Positions 36,272-44,361 of a stretch of 64,000 nt of DNA are shown piece after piece. The position numbers were made by a program, and so were the translations under genes. Every line of letters starts with the position of its first letter. The stretch's first letter is position 1. A model generated the notes under the pieces. That model had not been told where the DNA came from and made no database searches. It worked only from the letters and a program-made list of their open reading frames with translations. The DNA comes from an uncultured Eubacteriales bacterium (GTDB taxonomy: Bacteria > Acidobacteriota > Aminicenantia > Aminicenantales > Aminicenantaceae), in contig CAYPGQ010000012.1 in NCBI GenBank assembly GCA_964410125.1, positions 69 through 64,068 of the forward strand, read 5' to 3'.

Positions 36272-37833
36272 TCTCCCTTTTTCTGCTTCTTCAGATAAGC
36301 CCGCCATGTAACGGCCCATTTTTTCGGGTCATCCAGCGGATTGGGATCGATTTTGTGCACCACGCTTTGGTAAGGTGCATTTTTCACCTTATCGGGATCT
36401 TCATAGGCCTCATTGACAGTCTTCTCCAGACCTGCCAAGTACTCATCCAGTTCAGCTTTTGAATAGGACTCGGTAGGTTCGATCGAGAATGGTTGGGGCA
36501 CGACCCAGGGATGATGGCTCGACCAGAGATGAAACCCAAAATCCACCATCCGGTTGGTGATATCCTCTGTGCTTACGCCCGTATCCTCAGTCAGTTTTTC
36601 CCAGGTGTACCGCACCTGTTCGATCCTGCCAGGAGTCTTCGGATAAGAAATGGCAGCACCCCCTAGCTCCTGGATCTTTTTTTTCACATAGTTGTTGTTG
36701 AGCACTGCCACTTCGGCCACCTCTCTGAGCCCTTCGGCTCCCAGGCTCATGATCCAAGCATAAGCTCTCAAAACGACCGGGAAAACTCCATAATAACCGC
36801 GCACTTTTCCTATGCTGTGGGGCAAATTATGGTTCAAGGAATACTTATTCCCGTCAAATTCCACCAGGGGCATGGGCATATAGTCGATGAGATTGTCACG
36901 GACGCCGAGGGCGCCAGTTGCTGGGCCACCGCACCCATGCGGGGACGAGAAAGATTTGTGCAGATTAAAGAAGCACATGTCGAAATCGGCCTCTTTGGCT
37001 CGTGTGATGCCCAAAAGCCCGTTGGCATTGGCTTGGTCATACCCGCAGAGCCCGCCTGTGTCATGGACGATCTTGGTAAACTCTTGGATTTTGTTGTTAA
37101 AAATCCCTATGTCTTCTGGGTTAGTTATCAGCAATCCTGCGGTTCTCTCCGAAACAGCTTTTTTCAGGGCTTCGATATCCGGTAGCCCGTATTCATCCGG
37201 ATAGAGTGTTATCACTTTGTATCCTTTGACAGCGGCGGCCGCTGCATCGGATGGATGGGAGAAGATCGTGGTGATGATTTCGTCCCTCTTTTGGCCCTCT
37301 CCCCGCAGTTCATGATATTTTTGGATGATGGACACCATTACCAGGATGGCCGCTGCCCCTCCCCCTGGCTGGAACGTGAATTTGTCCATCCCTGAGATCT
37401 CCTGGAGAAATGTATCCAGTTTGTACATAACCTCAAGAGCACCCTGAACCGTATCCTCGTCTTGGTAAGGGTGAATTTCTGCTGTTTTAGGGGAACGGAC
37501 AAACGATTCATTGATTTTAGGGCTGTATTTCATCGTGCATGTTCCCTGGCCGATATCGATGTTGAAATCAGCTCCCAGGGTGTGCTGGGAAATCCGCAAA
37601 AAATGTTTCAAAACACGCATCTGTGAAACCTCGGGGAGTGCGGGCTTGCTCTTGCGCCTCATGTTCTCGGGGATGCTGGAGATTCCATCTCCCGCAGCCT
37701 CCTGGATTTCCTGTTCGACTTCAGGGACCAGAATCCCTCTTTCTCCTGGGGTGTGCATCTCAAAAATGACAGGTTCATCCCATTTGGCCTGATGAAACTT
37801 TTCTCTTAACCTGAATGTGCTGTTTTTTTTCAT
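36268..37833 (-). CDS. gcvPB: Glycine dehydrogenase (aminomethyl-transferring) subunit 2
   Basis: 521 aa. It has the PLP-lysine context FFNLHKSFSSPHGCGGP and an N-terminus EPVIFEMHTPGERG typical of P-protein subunit 2. It lies directly downstream of subunit 1. Confidence 0.9.
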   Translation of the reverse strand: MKKNSTFRLREKFHQAKWDEPVIFEMHTPGERGILVPEVEQEIQEAAGDGISSIPENMRRKSKPALPEVSQMRVLKHFLRISQHTLGADFNIDIGQGTCTMKYSPKINESFVRSPKTAEIHPYQDEDTVQGALEVMYKLDTFLQEISGMDKFTFQPGGGAAAILVMVSIIQKYHELRGEGQKRDEIITTIFSHPSDAAAAAVKGYKVITLYPDEYGLPDIEALKKAVSERTAGLLITNPEDIGIFNNKIQEFTKIVHDTGGLCGYDQANANGLLGITRAKEADFDMCFFNLHKSFSSPHGCGGPATGALGVRDNLIDYMPMPLVEFDGNKYSLNHNLPHSIGKVRGYYGVFPVVLRAYAWIMSLGAEGLREVAEVAVLNNNYVKKKIQELGGAAISYPKTPGRIEQVRYTWEKLTEDTGVSTEDITNRMVDFGFHLWSSHHPWVVPQPFSIEPTESYSKAELDEYLAGLEKTVNEAYEDPDKVKNAPYQSVVHKIDPNPLDDPKKWAVTWRAYLKKQKKGE

Positions 37834-37846
37834 GATATTCTCCTGC

Positions 37847-39253
37847 TCACAGACGATTTCCGAGGATTTCCTCGAGGGATTGCCGGAGGGTATCGATATC
37901 CTTTTTGGTGTGGAGTTCTGTCACACAATACAGGGCACAGTAGCCGAACTCGGGAAATTCAGCGGATATATCCATGCCCCCGAATATTCCTTTTTCCAGG
38001 AGGGCTTTGTTGATGTCCTTGACTTTGAGTCCTGTTTCGTTAAAATCCACCACAAATTCCTTGAAATGAGAGGAATCGAACCGTGGGACCTTCACTCCCT
38101 TTAATGCGGAGAGTCGTTTCATCGCATACTGGGATTTTTGCAGGATCGATGTTCCAAGCTCATGAATTCCTTCAGGGCCCATAAGGGCCAGATACACACC
38201 GGCGGTTATTCCCCAAAGGGCGGAGTGGGTCCCCACAAACTCTTTCCCTTCCTCGCGTTCTGCAAACGAGGTTCGCTCATAGGCGACATCGCCAAAACCA
38301 TACTCTCCTTCCATGGTAGTTGTTGTGATCCCAAACAGTCGCGACGGGTATTCCATCACGAATTTTTCATCGTCATGAGTGGCGATAAAACCTGCCAATC
38401 CGCCTCCATAAAACATGTGGACCCCCAATCCTTGGATGTCCCCGCAGACGATGTCGGCCCCATACTGACTGGGAGGAGTCAAGATGCCGAGCGACGTGGG
38501 ATCGACTCCGACGAGACTCAATGCTCCGTTTTCATGCGCAATGTCCGCTATGGTCTGCCCCTGGGCTTCGATGAATCCGAGATAGGAGGGATTCTCGAAG
38601 TATATGCCGGCTGTGTCCTTGGAAAGTTTGGATTTGAGATCGTTAAGATCCAATTTTCCTGTTTCCGGACAATGTTTCACCATTCTGACTTTGACGACGG
38701 GATGACAGTAATTTTTAATGACCATCAGCCTCTCGGGGGAAATGATCTCGGAGACCAAGATCTCCTTTCGCCCCGTGATTCTCTCTGCCATCCGGATGGC
38801 TGTGCTGGCAGCCTGGCTCCAGTCATAGGTGGGGACATTGACAACATCCATATCCAGGAGCTCTCCCATCAGGCTTTCGTATTCGAACAGGGATTGGAAT
38901 CTTCCGTGGTCTTCATAGGGTTCTCCAGCATAGGCGGTCAGGAATTCTGAGCGTTGGTTGATTTCGTCGCAAATGGCCGGCACCTGGTGCTTGTAGCATC
39001 CCCCTCCCAGAAAGCTGATGTTTTCCTCGCATGTCTTGTTCTTGGAAAAAATTTCATCCATGTGGCGTTTTAAGGCATTTTCTGAAGTGAGTGGTGGAGG
39101 CAGGTTTAACTTTTTTTTATAGCGAAGATTTTCCGGTATGTCTGCATACAACTCCTCGATACTTTGGACCCCGATCTCTTCCAGCATCTGTTCCTTGATT
39201 TCAGGAACTGAGTTTGGAATATAAGGATAGACTCTTTTTCCTTGTTTTTTCAT
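37847..39253 (-). CDS. gcvPA: Glycine dehydrogenase (aminomethyl-transferring) subunit 1
   Basis: The track start is 39295. ATG 39253 (MKKQGKRVYPYIPNSVPEIKEQMLEEIGV) follows GAGGAG. The N-terminal pattern and size are those of P-protein subunit 1. Confidence 0.9.
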   Translation of the reverse strand: MKKQGKRVYPYIPNSVPEIKEQMLEEIGVQSIEELYADIPENLRYKKKLNLPPPLTSENALKRHMDEIFSKNKTCEENISFLGGGCYKHQVPAICDEINQRSEFLTAYAGEPYEDHGRFQSLFEYESLMGELLDMDVVNVPTYDWSQAASTAIRMAERITGRKEILVSEIISPERLMVIKNYCHPVVKVRMVKHCPETGKLDLNDLKSKLSKDTAGIYFENPSYLGFIEAQGQTIADIAHENGALSLVGVDPTSLGILTPPSQYGADIVCGDIQGLGVHMFYGGGLAGFIATHDDEKFVMEYPSRLFGITTTTMEGEYGFGDVAYERTSFAEREEGKEFVGTHSALWGITAGVYLALMGPEGIHELGTSILQKSQYAMKRLSALKGVKVPRFDSSHFKEFVVDFNETGLKVKDINKALLEKGIFGGMDISAEFPEFGYCALYCVTELHTKKDIDTLRQSLEEILGNRL

Positions 39254-39333
39254 GGGATTCTCCTCACAGGAAAAAGGATATAGGAAAAATTTCAAGGAGA
39301 CAATACTTAATTATATAAATGGGGGATATAAAT

Positions 39334-39403
39334 GGGGGACAGGATACCCTTTCACTTAATTCAGTGACCTTGCCATTAATTGGGGAATGGGTATCCTGTC
39401 CCC
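39334..39403. repeat. Long palindromic intergenic element, copy C (right arm partly degenerate)
   Basis: The left arm GGGGGACAGGATACCCTTTCAC (39334-39355) faces a right arm whose outer 15 nt, GGGTATCCTGTCCCC (39389-39403), are perfect. The inner right-arm positions have diverged (GGAAT against TGAAA). It is preceded by the direct repeat AAATGGGGGA x2 and followed by A8. Confidence 0.85.
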
Positions 39404-39468
39404 AAAAAAAATGTCCCGGGCCGCGGAGTTGCGGCGTTATCCCTGATCCCTCTTCAGGTGTTCGGGCC

Positions 39469-41526
39469 TTAGTCTAACTTGAACTGGACTGTGACCGTAA
39501 AAATAACTCCTCTGGGTTTCCCGTCGATAATTTTCGGTTCGTAAACCCATTGTTTAACGGCATCCGTGGCAGCCTGGTCCAGTTCCGGTATGGATCTTAG
39601 TATTTTCACTTTTTTCACCCTGCCGTAAACATCGGTTGTGGCTTCGATGATGACCACCCCTTCAATCTCGGCCTTTCTAGCAGATTCTGGATAAACAGGC
39701 TCGACTTTTTTGATCAGTTTTGGCGGTTTGATATCCCCTGTGGCATGCACTGGCTCAGCCAGCTTGAATGTGCATGTCACGGTGAAAATAACGCCTCTTG
39801 GCGCGCCATCAATGATCATCGGTTCATAAATCCACTGCTCGACAGCATCGATAGCAGCCTGATCCAGTACAGGGATAGACCTTAGTACTTTTGTGTCGAT
39901 GACCCGGCCATAAATATCGGTCGTCGCTTCCACAATGACCACGCCTTCGACCTCTGATTTTCTTGCTTCTTCTGGATAAATCGGCTTGATCATCTTGATC
40001 AACTTAGGGGGCTTGATGTCCCCCATAGCACGTACAGCGGGCTTTTGGTCGGTTCCTGTCACTCCTCCCTCAATAGCTTTTGCTTTCGTCCCTTTGTCAA
40101 GAGAAAACCGGCATGTGATGGTAAACACAATCCCTTTGGGCTCGCCATCGATGATCATAGGTTCGTAAACCCACTGTTTGACAGCATCCACAGCCGCTTG
40201 ATCGAGCTCAGGGATGGAGCTCAGGATCTTCACTTTTTGTACCCGGCCGCGATCGTCTGTCGTGGCCTCGATAGTGACGGTGCCTTCGATCCCTGCCTTT
40301 CTCGCTTCATCTGGATAAACAGGTTCGACTTTTTTGATCAACTTAGGGGGCTTGACATCCTTTTTCGCGGATTTTTTCTCCTCTTGATCCTGCTCTTTTT
40401 TGTCCTGTTCCTGCAAATCCGGCAGAGCTAAATCCACCTTTTCGATTGTGGCTTCAGGCTTTTCCGTCGCAAAGATCAGCCTGGAACCGGCAATCGCCAA
40501 GACAAACAAAAATGCCGCCACGACCATCAATGTGATGGTCGATTTTTTGAGATTAGTGTCCATGATCCTCTCCTTGGATAAGATGTGTTTGACCCGATCT
40601 TTCAGAGGGATGTGGGGAGACGCCAGTCCGACGGAAACCGGCAGCCACTTTAGAAACGCTGTCTTTTCCGCCAGGTTGATCAAACACTCCGCGTACTCTT
40701 TCGAGTCGTTTTGGAGGAGGACATAATTATCGGATATCTCTTCCCTCGCCCTGGAAAAGGATGTGCTCAGGGCATAGGCAAGAGGATTCCACCAGTTCAA
40801 AGCTGTTATAAGTCTTTGAAGTATTCCGGTAAACTGGTCTCGGTGATGGATATGAGACAGCTCATGAAGCAGAATCCCACGGATTTGACTGTCCTGTAAT
40901 TTGTGCAATAGACGTTCGGGAATAAGTATAAACGGTTTAAATACTCCAGCAGCCATAGGATAAGGCACATTTTGTGATGAGTAAAGCCGTGCTTTGTTTT
41001 TGCCGGAAAATACCTTTTCGGCTGAGTCCAGGACGGCACAGATCCGAGGATTGTGAACCTCTACCATTCCCTTTTTCAAGTTGCGTATGGAGATCATGCC
41101 TAGAATAAATCGAAGGAGCATGAATAAAAGGCCGATTCCCCAGACAATCCCGAATACATTGATGATCTTTACGACAACCGGTCCTGTCCAAAACAACCTG
41201 AAATAGTTGGTGTTTGCGTTGTTGGTATCGTCGATAGGCATCTCGGCCAGACCGTACTGGACAGAGACAGAGGGACTTGGGGTTTGCCCGATTGTTATCG
41301 GAAGGACGGTCCGAAGAGGCAGAAAGCCTAACTCGTTTAGCGAGACTGAGAGGAAGGGGAGAAGGATAAGAGCCAACATGGTTATCAGACTGATCCCGCT
41401 TCGAAGAGGAGCTGCTTTGTGTCTAACGACGTAAACGAGCAACGCACCTACCCCTAGGATCAAAAGAGTCTGAAAGGCTGCATTCAATACCCATTCGGCC
41501 GAAACGATGTTGTTGAGTAAACTCAT
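39469..41526 (-). CDS. BlaR1-like M56 peptidase-family membrane sensor fused to three tandem TonB C-terminal domains
   Basis: 685 aa with N-terminal TM segments and the M56 zinc motif LLHELSHIHHRDQ. After a K/E-rich linker come three copies of about 85 aa each of KPPKLIKKVEPVYPxxARKAxIEGxVxIEATTDxxGRVxKVKILxSIPELDQAAxDAVKQWVYEPxIIDGxPxGVxFTxT. Confidence 0.88.
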   Translation of the reverse strand: MSLLNNIVSAEWVLNAAFQTLLILGVGALLVYVVRHKAAPLRSGISLITMLALILLPFLSVSLNELGFLPLRTVLPITIGQTPSPSVSVQYGLAEMPIDDTNNANTNYFRLFWTGPVVVKIINVFGIVWGIGLLFMLLRFILGMISIRNLKKGMVEVHNPRICAVLDSAEKVFSGKNKARLYSSQNVPYPMAAGVFKPFILIPERLLHKLQDSQIRGILLHELSHIHHRDQFTGILQRLITALNWWNPLAYALSTSFSRAREEISDNYVLLQNDSKEYAECLINLAEKTAFLKWLPVSVGLASPHIPLKDRVKHILSKERIMDTNLKKSTITLMVVAAFLFVLAIAGSRLIFATEKPEATIEKVDLALPDLQEQDKKEQDQEEKKSAKKDVKPPKLIKKVEPVYPDEARKAGIEGTVTIEATTDDRGRVQKVKILSSIPELDQAAVDAVKQWVYEPMIIDGEPKGIVFTITCRFSLDKGTKAKAIEGGVTGTDQKPAVRAMGDIKPPKLIKMIKPIYPEEARKSEVEGVVIVEATTDIYGRVIDTKVLRSIPVLDQAAIDAVEQWIYEPMIIDGAPRGVIFTVTCTFKLAEPVHATGDIKPPKLIKKVEPVYPESARKAEIEGVVIIEATTDVYGRVKKVKILRSIPELDQAATDAVKQWVYEPKIIDGKPRGVIFTVTVQFKLD
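39472..40353 (-). repeat. Three tandem in-frame TonB-C domain repeats inside the BlaR1-like gene
   Basis: Repeat 3 is 39472-39729, repeat 2 is 39760-40014 and repeat 1 is 40099-40353. The spacers encode 10 and 28 aa. Confidence 0.9.
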
Positions 41527-41537
41527 GCTGGATCCCC

Positions 41538-41921
41538 TTACATATTCTTGAGCAGCGCACGAAGTTCTTTGATTTCTTCAGGGGAAACGTCAGAATCCTC
41601 GATCAGGCATTTGACAAGCTCTGCTCTCGATCCGCCAAAAACTCTGTTTTTGATGTCCTCGAGGATTTCCCTTCGGGTTTTCTGTTTTTCGACAACAGCT
41701 GAATAGACATATGTTCTTCCCATTTCCGTATGTTTCAGCCAACCGTAATCTTCCAACCGGTTCATCTGGACCTGGACGGTAGTCCTCCGGATCTTGTTTT
41801 TTCTCTTGGCATTGATGGCCTCCACAACATTATTGATGGTCACGTCACCCTTGTCCCAAACGACTTTCATGATTTCGAGGTTGGCTGGGGAGAGTTTGCG
41901 ATCCCGCTTTTTTATCGTCAT
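41538..41921 (-). CDS. BlaI/MecI/CopY-family transcriptional repressor
   Basis: 127 aa with a winged-helix N-terminus (LSPANLEIMKVVWDKGDVTINNVVEAINAKRKNKIRRTTVQVQMNRLEDYGWL). It lies 11 nt upstream of the BlaR1-like gene. Confidence 0.88.
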   Translation of the reverse strand: MTIKKRDRKLSPANLEIMKVVWDKGDVTINNVVEAINAKRKNKIRRTTVQVQMNRLEDYGWLKHTEMGRTYVYSAVVEKQKTRREILEDIKNRVFGGSRAELVKCLIEDSDVSPEEIKELRALLKNM

Positions 41922-41936
41922 CTTGTTTCCTTCCTA

Positions 41937-41977
41937 TAACGACATCTGTCGTTACTAATATAAACGACAATTGTCGT
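41937..41977. promoter_or_regulatory. Two palindromic operator candidates for the BlaI-family repressor
   Basis: TAACGACA-tc-TGTCGTTA (41937-41954) and ACGACAATTGTCGT (41964-41977, a perfect 14-mer) lie 16-56 nt upstream of the repressor ATG. Both contain the ACAnnTGT core known from BlaI/CopY boxes. Confidence 0.6.
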
Positions 41978-42124
41978 ATTGTCAAGTCTCTCCTTCTTTT
42001 TTTTAAATAATTACTTATGCAAGATTTACGCCAATATTCACTCTCCACGTCCTTTGTCAGCTCCCTGTTGTCCGTTTAAGATATAAATGGATTTGTAAAT
42101 GCAATAAATTTTATGTAAGAAATT

Positions 42125-42153
42125 TTGACATATAAATGATCCCATGGTATAAG
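42125..42153 (+). promoter_or_regulatory. Sigma-70-type promoter
   Basis: TTGACA (42125-42130), a 17-nt spacer, then TATAAG (42148-42153). It lies about 30 nt upstream of ATG 42185, which has an AAGGAG RBS. Confidence 0.6.
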
Positions 42154-42184
42154 CCAAGAAACGAATCCAAAAGGAGTCTGACCC

Positions 42185-43114
42185 ATGAAAAGACATAAAG
42201 GAAAAATGTCCCGGAAGGAATTTATTCAAAAATCCTCAGTCGCCTTTCTGGGATTTGGGGTATTAGGCTTTGGAAGCAAAAAAACTGGGACAAAAAAAAA
42301 ATCAAAGGCACCGTCCGGCCTTGTGAAATTAGGCAGGACAGGGATAAAAGTTCCACCTGTTGGATTCGGCGCGTCCCGTACGATGGAACCGTCTCTTGTC
42401 AATGCTGCGATAGATGCCGGTTTCAATTTTTTGGACACGGGGCGATCCTATTCCCGCGGGCAGAATGAAGTCATGGTTGGGGAGGTGGTGGAGCCGCGCA
42501 GGAAAGATGTGGTGATCCAATCCAAGCTCCGTGTGCGCCTCAAAAGCCAGGAGGATGGGTCGTTTTCTGCCGAAGACGTCAAAAAAGCGATAGATGATAT
42601 GACAGCCTCGATGGAAGCAAGCATGAAGGCTCTGCGAACGGATTACATCGACATCATGCTGGTCCATGGAGCATCCGATCCAGATGTCATCTATCATGAG
42701 GCTGTCATGGGATTTTTTGAGACGGCCAAAAAAGAGGGTAAAATACGGGCGTATGGATTCTCTTCCCACACTAACCAAGTCGAACTGCTGCAAGCCGCCA
42801 ATCAGAAAAAGTTTTATGAGGTGATCATGGTCCCCTACAATCACAAGGGATCCTATATCCATATGAGCTCCGGCAGCTTCAGCGAATGGGACCAACCGGC
42901 CTTGGAGATCGAGATGGATAAAGCCAAAAAACGAAATGTCGGCATGATCGCGATGAAAACATGTTCGGGCGGCCCTTATGCTCCTAATGATAAAACTGAA
43001 CCTTCTTTTGAAAATTCTCTCCGGTGGGTTCTTGCTCAGGAAAGAGTCCATTCCATGGCTGTAGCTATGGGCAATTTTGAGCAGATCGAAGAAAACCGAC
43101 AAGTTTTGCCCTGA
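42185..43114 (+). CDS. Aldo/keto reductase family oxidoreductase with N-terminal export-like signal
   Basis: 309 aa. AKR-like segments are FLDTGRSYSRGQNE, YIDIMLVHG and IRAYGFSSH. The N-terminus SRKEFIQKSSVAFLGFGVLG is Tat-like but degenerate. Confidence 0.75.
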   Translation: MKRHKGKMSRKEFIQKSSVAFLGFGVLGFGSKKTGTKKKSKAPSGLVKLGRTGIKVPPVGFGASRTMEPSLVNAAIDAGFNFLDTGRSYSRGQNEVMVGEVVEPRRKDVVIQSKLRVRLKSQEDGSFSAEDVKKAIDDMTASMEASMKALRTDYIDIMLVHGASDPDVIYHEAVMGFFETAKKEGKIRAYGFSSHTNQVELLQAANQKKFYEVIMVPYNHKGSYIHMSSGSFSEWDQPALEIEMDKAKKRNVGMIAMKTCSGGPYAPNDKTEPSFENSLRWVLAQERVHSMAVAMGNFEQIEENRQVLP

Positions 43115-43330
43115 TCTCTTATTTAAAAATTAATTTGTGTATCAATGCTTATTTTAGGATTATTCATCTGATGAACAATGCGACCCTTTTGCGGCCATGA
43201 AGGGAGCCACCAAATTACTGTTCTACACGGATGTGTAAATATGAAAAAGTCCATCATGGGCATGCCACTCGCGGAAAAAACGGCGTAATAACTTTCGATG
43301 CTCTGCGATTCGAGAAATAGAGGAGTTCAT

Positions 43331-44293
43331 GTGATATTGATAAACAATAATAAACTCAACGTTCTCATTATCAGCATTTCACTCGTTGCCTTTTTTTCTG
43401 CGGCTAGAAGTGGCCAGCAGACTGCCAGTAGGGTCGAGCCTCCGCGTACTGTGGATAAGTCATTTTCCTATGTCATAAAAAATCCGGCGTATCCCGAGGG
43501 AAAAGGTCCCGTTGTCCTTATTGATGAGGCGCATAATAATTTTCACACCGCGGTGGGGACCTATCTCCCGTTCGCCGATTTGTTGAAGCAAGACGGCTAT
43601 GTTGTCAAACAGGCTAAGGACAAGATATCCGTGGAACTCCTGAAGCCGGGAGTAATTTATGTGATCGCAGACGCTCAGCCGCCGTTTAAGGCCGGTGATC
43701 CCCCGACGTTTTCAGCGGAAGAGATTCAGATGCTCAACGAATGGGTGAAGAAGGGAGGAGATTTGTTCGTGATCACGGATCACATGCCCGATCCCGGAGC
43801 CATAAAGGACTTGGCGCTGTCGTTCGGGATCGAGGTTAGCAATGGCTATGTCATGCAAGGCCCGCCGCCCGGAAACCCTGGGCCTACCCTTTTCCAGAAA
43901 AAAGATGGATCACTTGCAGACCACTTTCTAACAAATGGACGTGGACCGGACGAAAAGGTAGACCGTGTGGCCACTTTTGCCGGTTCGGCTTTCCGATGCG
44001 ATGAAGGATTTCATCCTCTCCTGATTTTGGGAGAAGGATTCCGGTCCTGGATTCCCAAGGAATACAACAAATTTCCGCCTGGAACCCCGAACATCGATGT
44101 TTTGGGATGGTGCCAGGGGGGAATTATGCCCTATGGAAAGGGACGGATCGCCTTTTTTGCTGAGGCCGCTATGTTCACCGCCCAGGTTTTTGCCAATGGA
44201 CGTGTGAAAGCTGGGATGAACCATCCCCTCGGTCGGGATAACGCCCGTCTGCTTCTCAATATCCTTCACTGGCTATCCGATCTTCTGGATTGA
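43331..44293 (+). CDS. Exported hypothetical protein
   Basis: The track start is 43298. GTG 43331 follows AGAGGAG and gives ILINNNKLNVLIISISLVAFFSAA, a signal-like start. I see no confident motif. Confidence 0.6.
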   Translation: MILINNNKLNVLIISISLVAFFSAARSGQQTASRVEPPRTVDKSFSYVIKNPAYPEGKGPVVLIDEAHNNFHTAVGTYLPFADLLKQDGYVVKQAKDKISVELLKPGVIYVIADAQPPFKAGDPPTFSAEEIQMLNEWVKKGGDLFVITDHMPDPGAIKDLALSFGIEVSNGYVMQGPPPGNPGPTLFQKKDGSLADHFLTNGRGPDEKVDRVATFAGSAFRCDEGFHPLLILGEGFRSWIPKEYNKFPPGTPNIDVLGWCQGGIMPYGKGRIAFFAEAAMFTAQVFANGRVKAGMNHPLGRDNARLLLNILHWLSDLLD

Positions 44294-44361
44294 ATCGAAC
44301 CTGATTGCACTTCCAAAGTCTCTGGATAACTCTTGATTGAAATGCAATCATTCCTGATGAT

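Noticed and set aside
39254-39468. Expected a glycine riboswitch upstream of gcvPA.
   Set aside because: I read the minus-strand leader and found no GGAGAG...CACCG...GGGGCAA-type conserved cores. The region is instead occupied by palindrome copy C and A/T-rich sequence. A cmscan would be needed to be certain.
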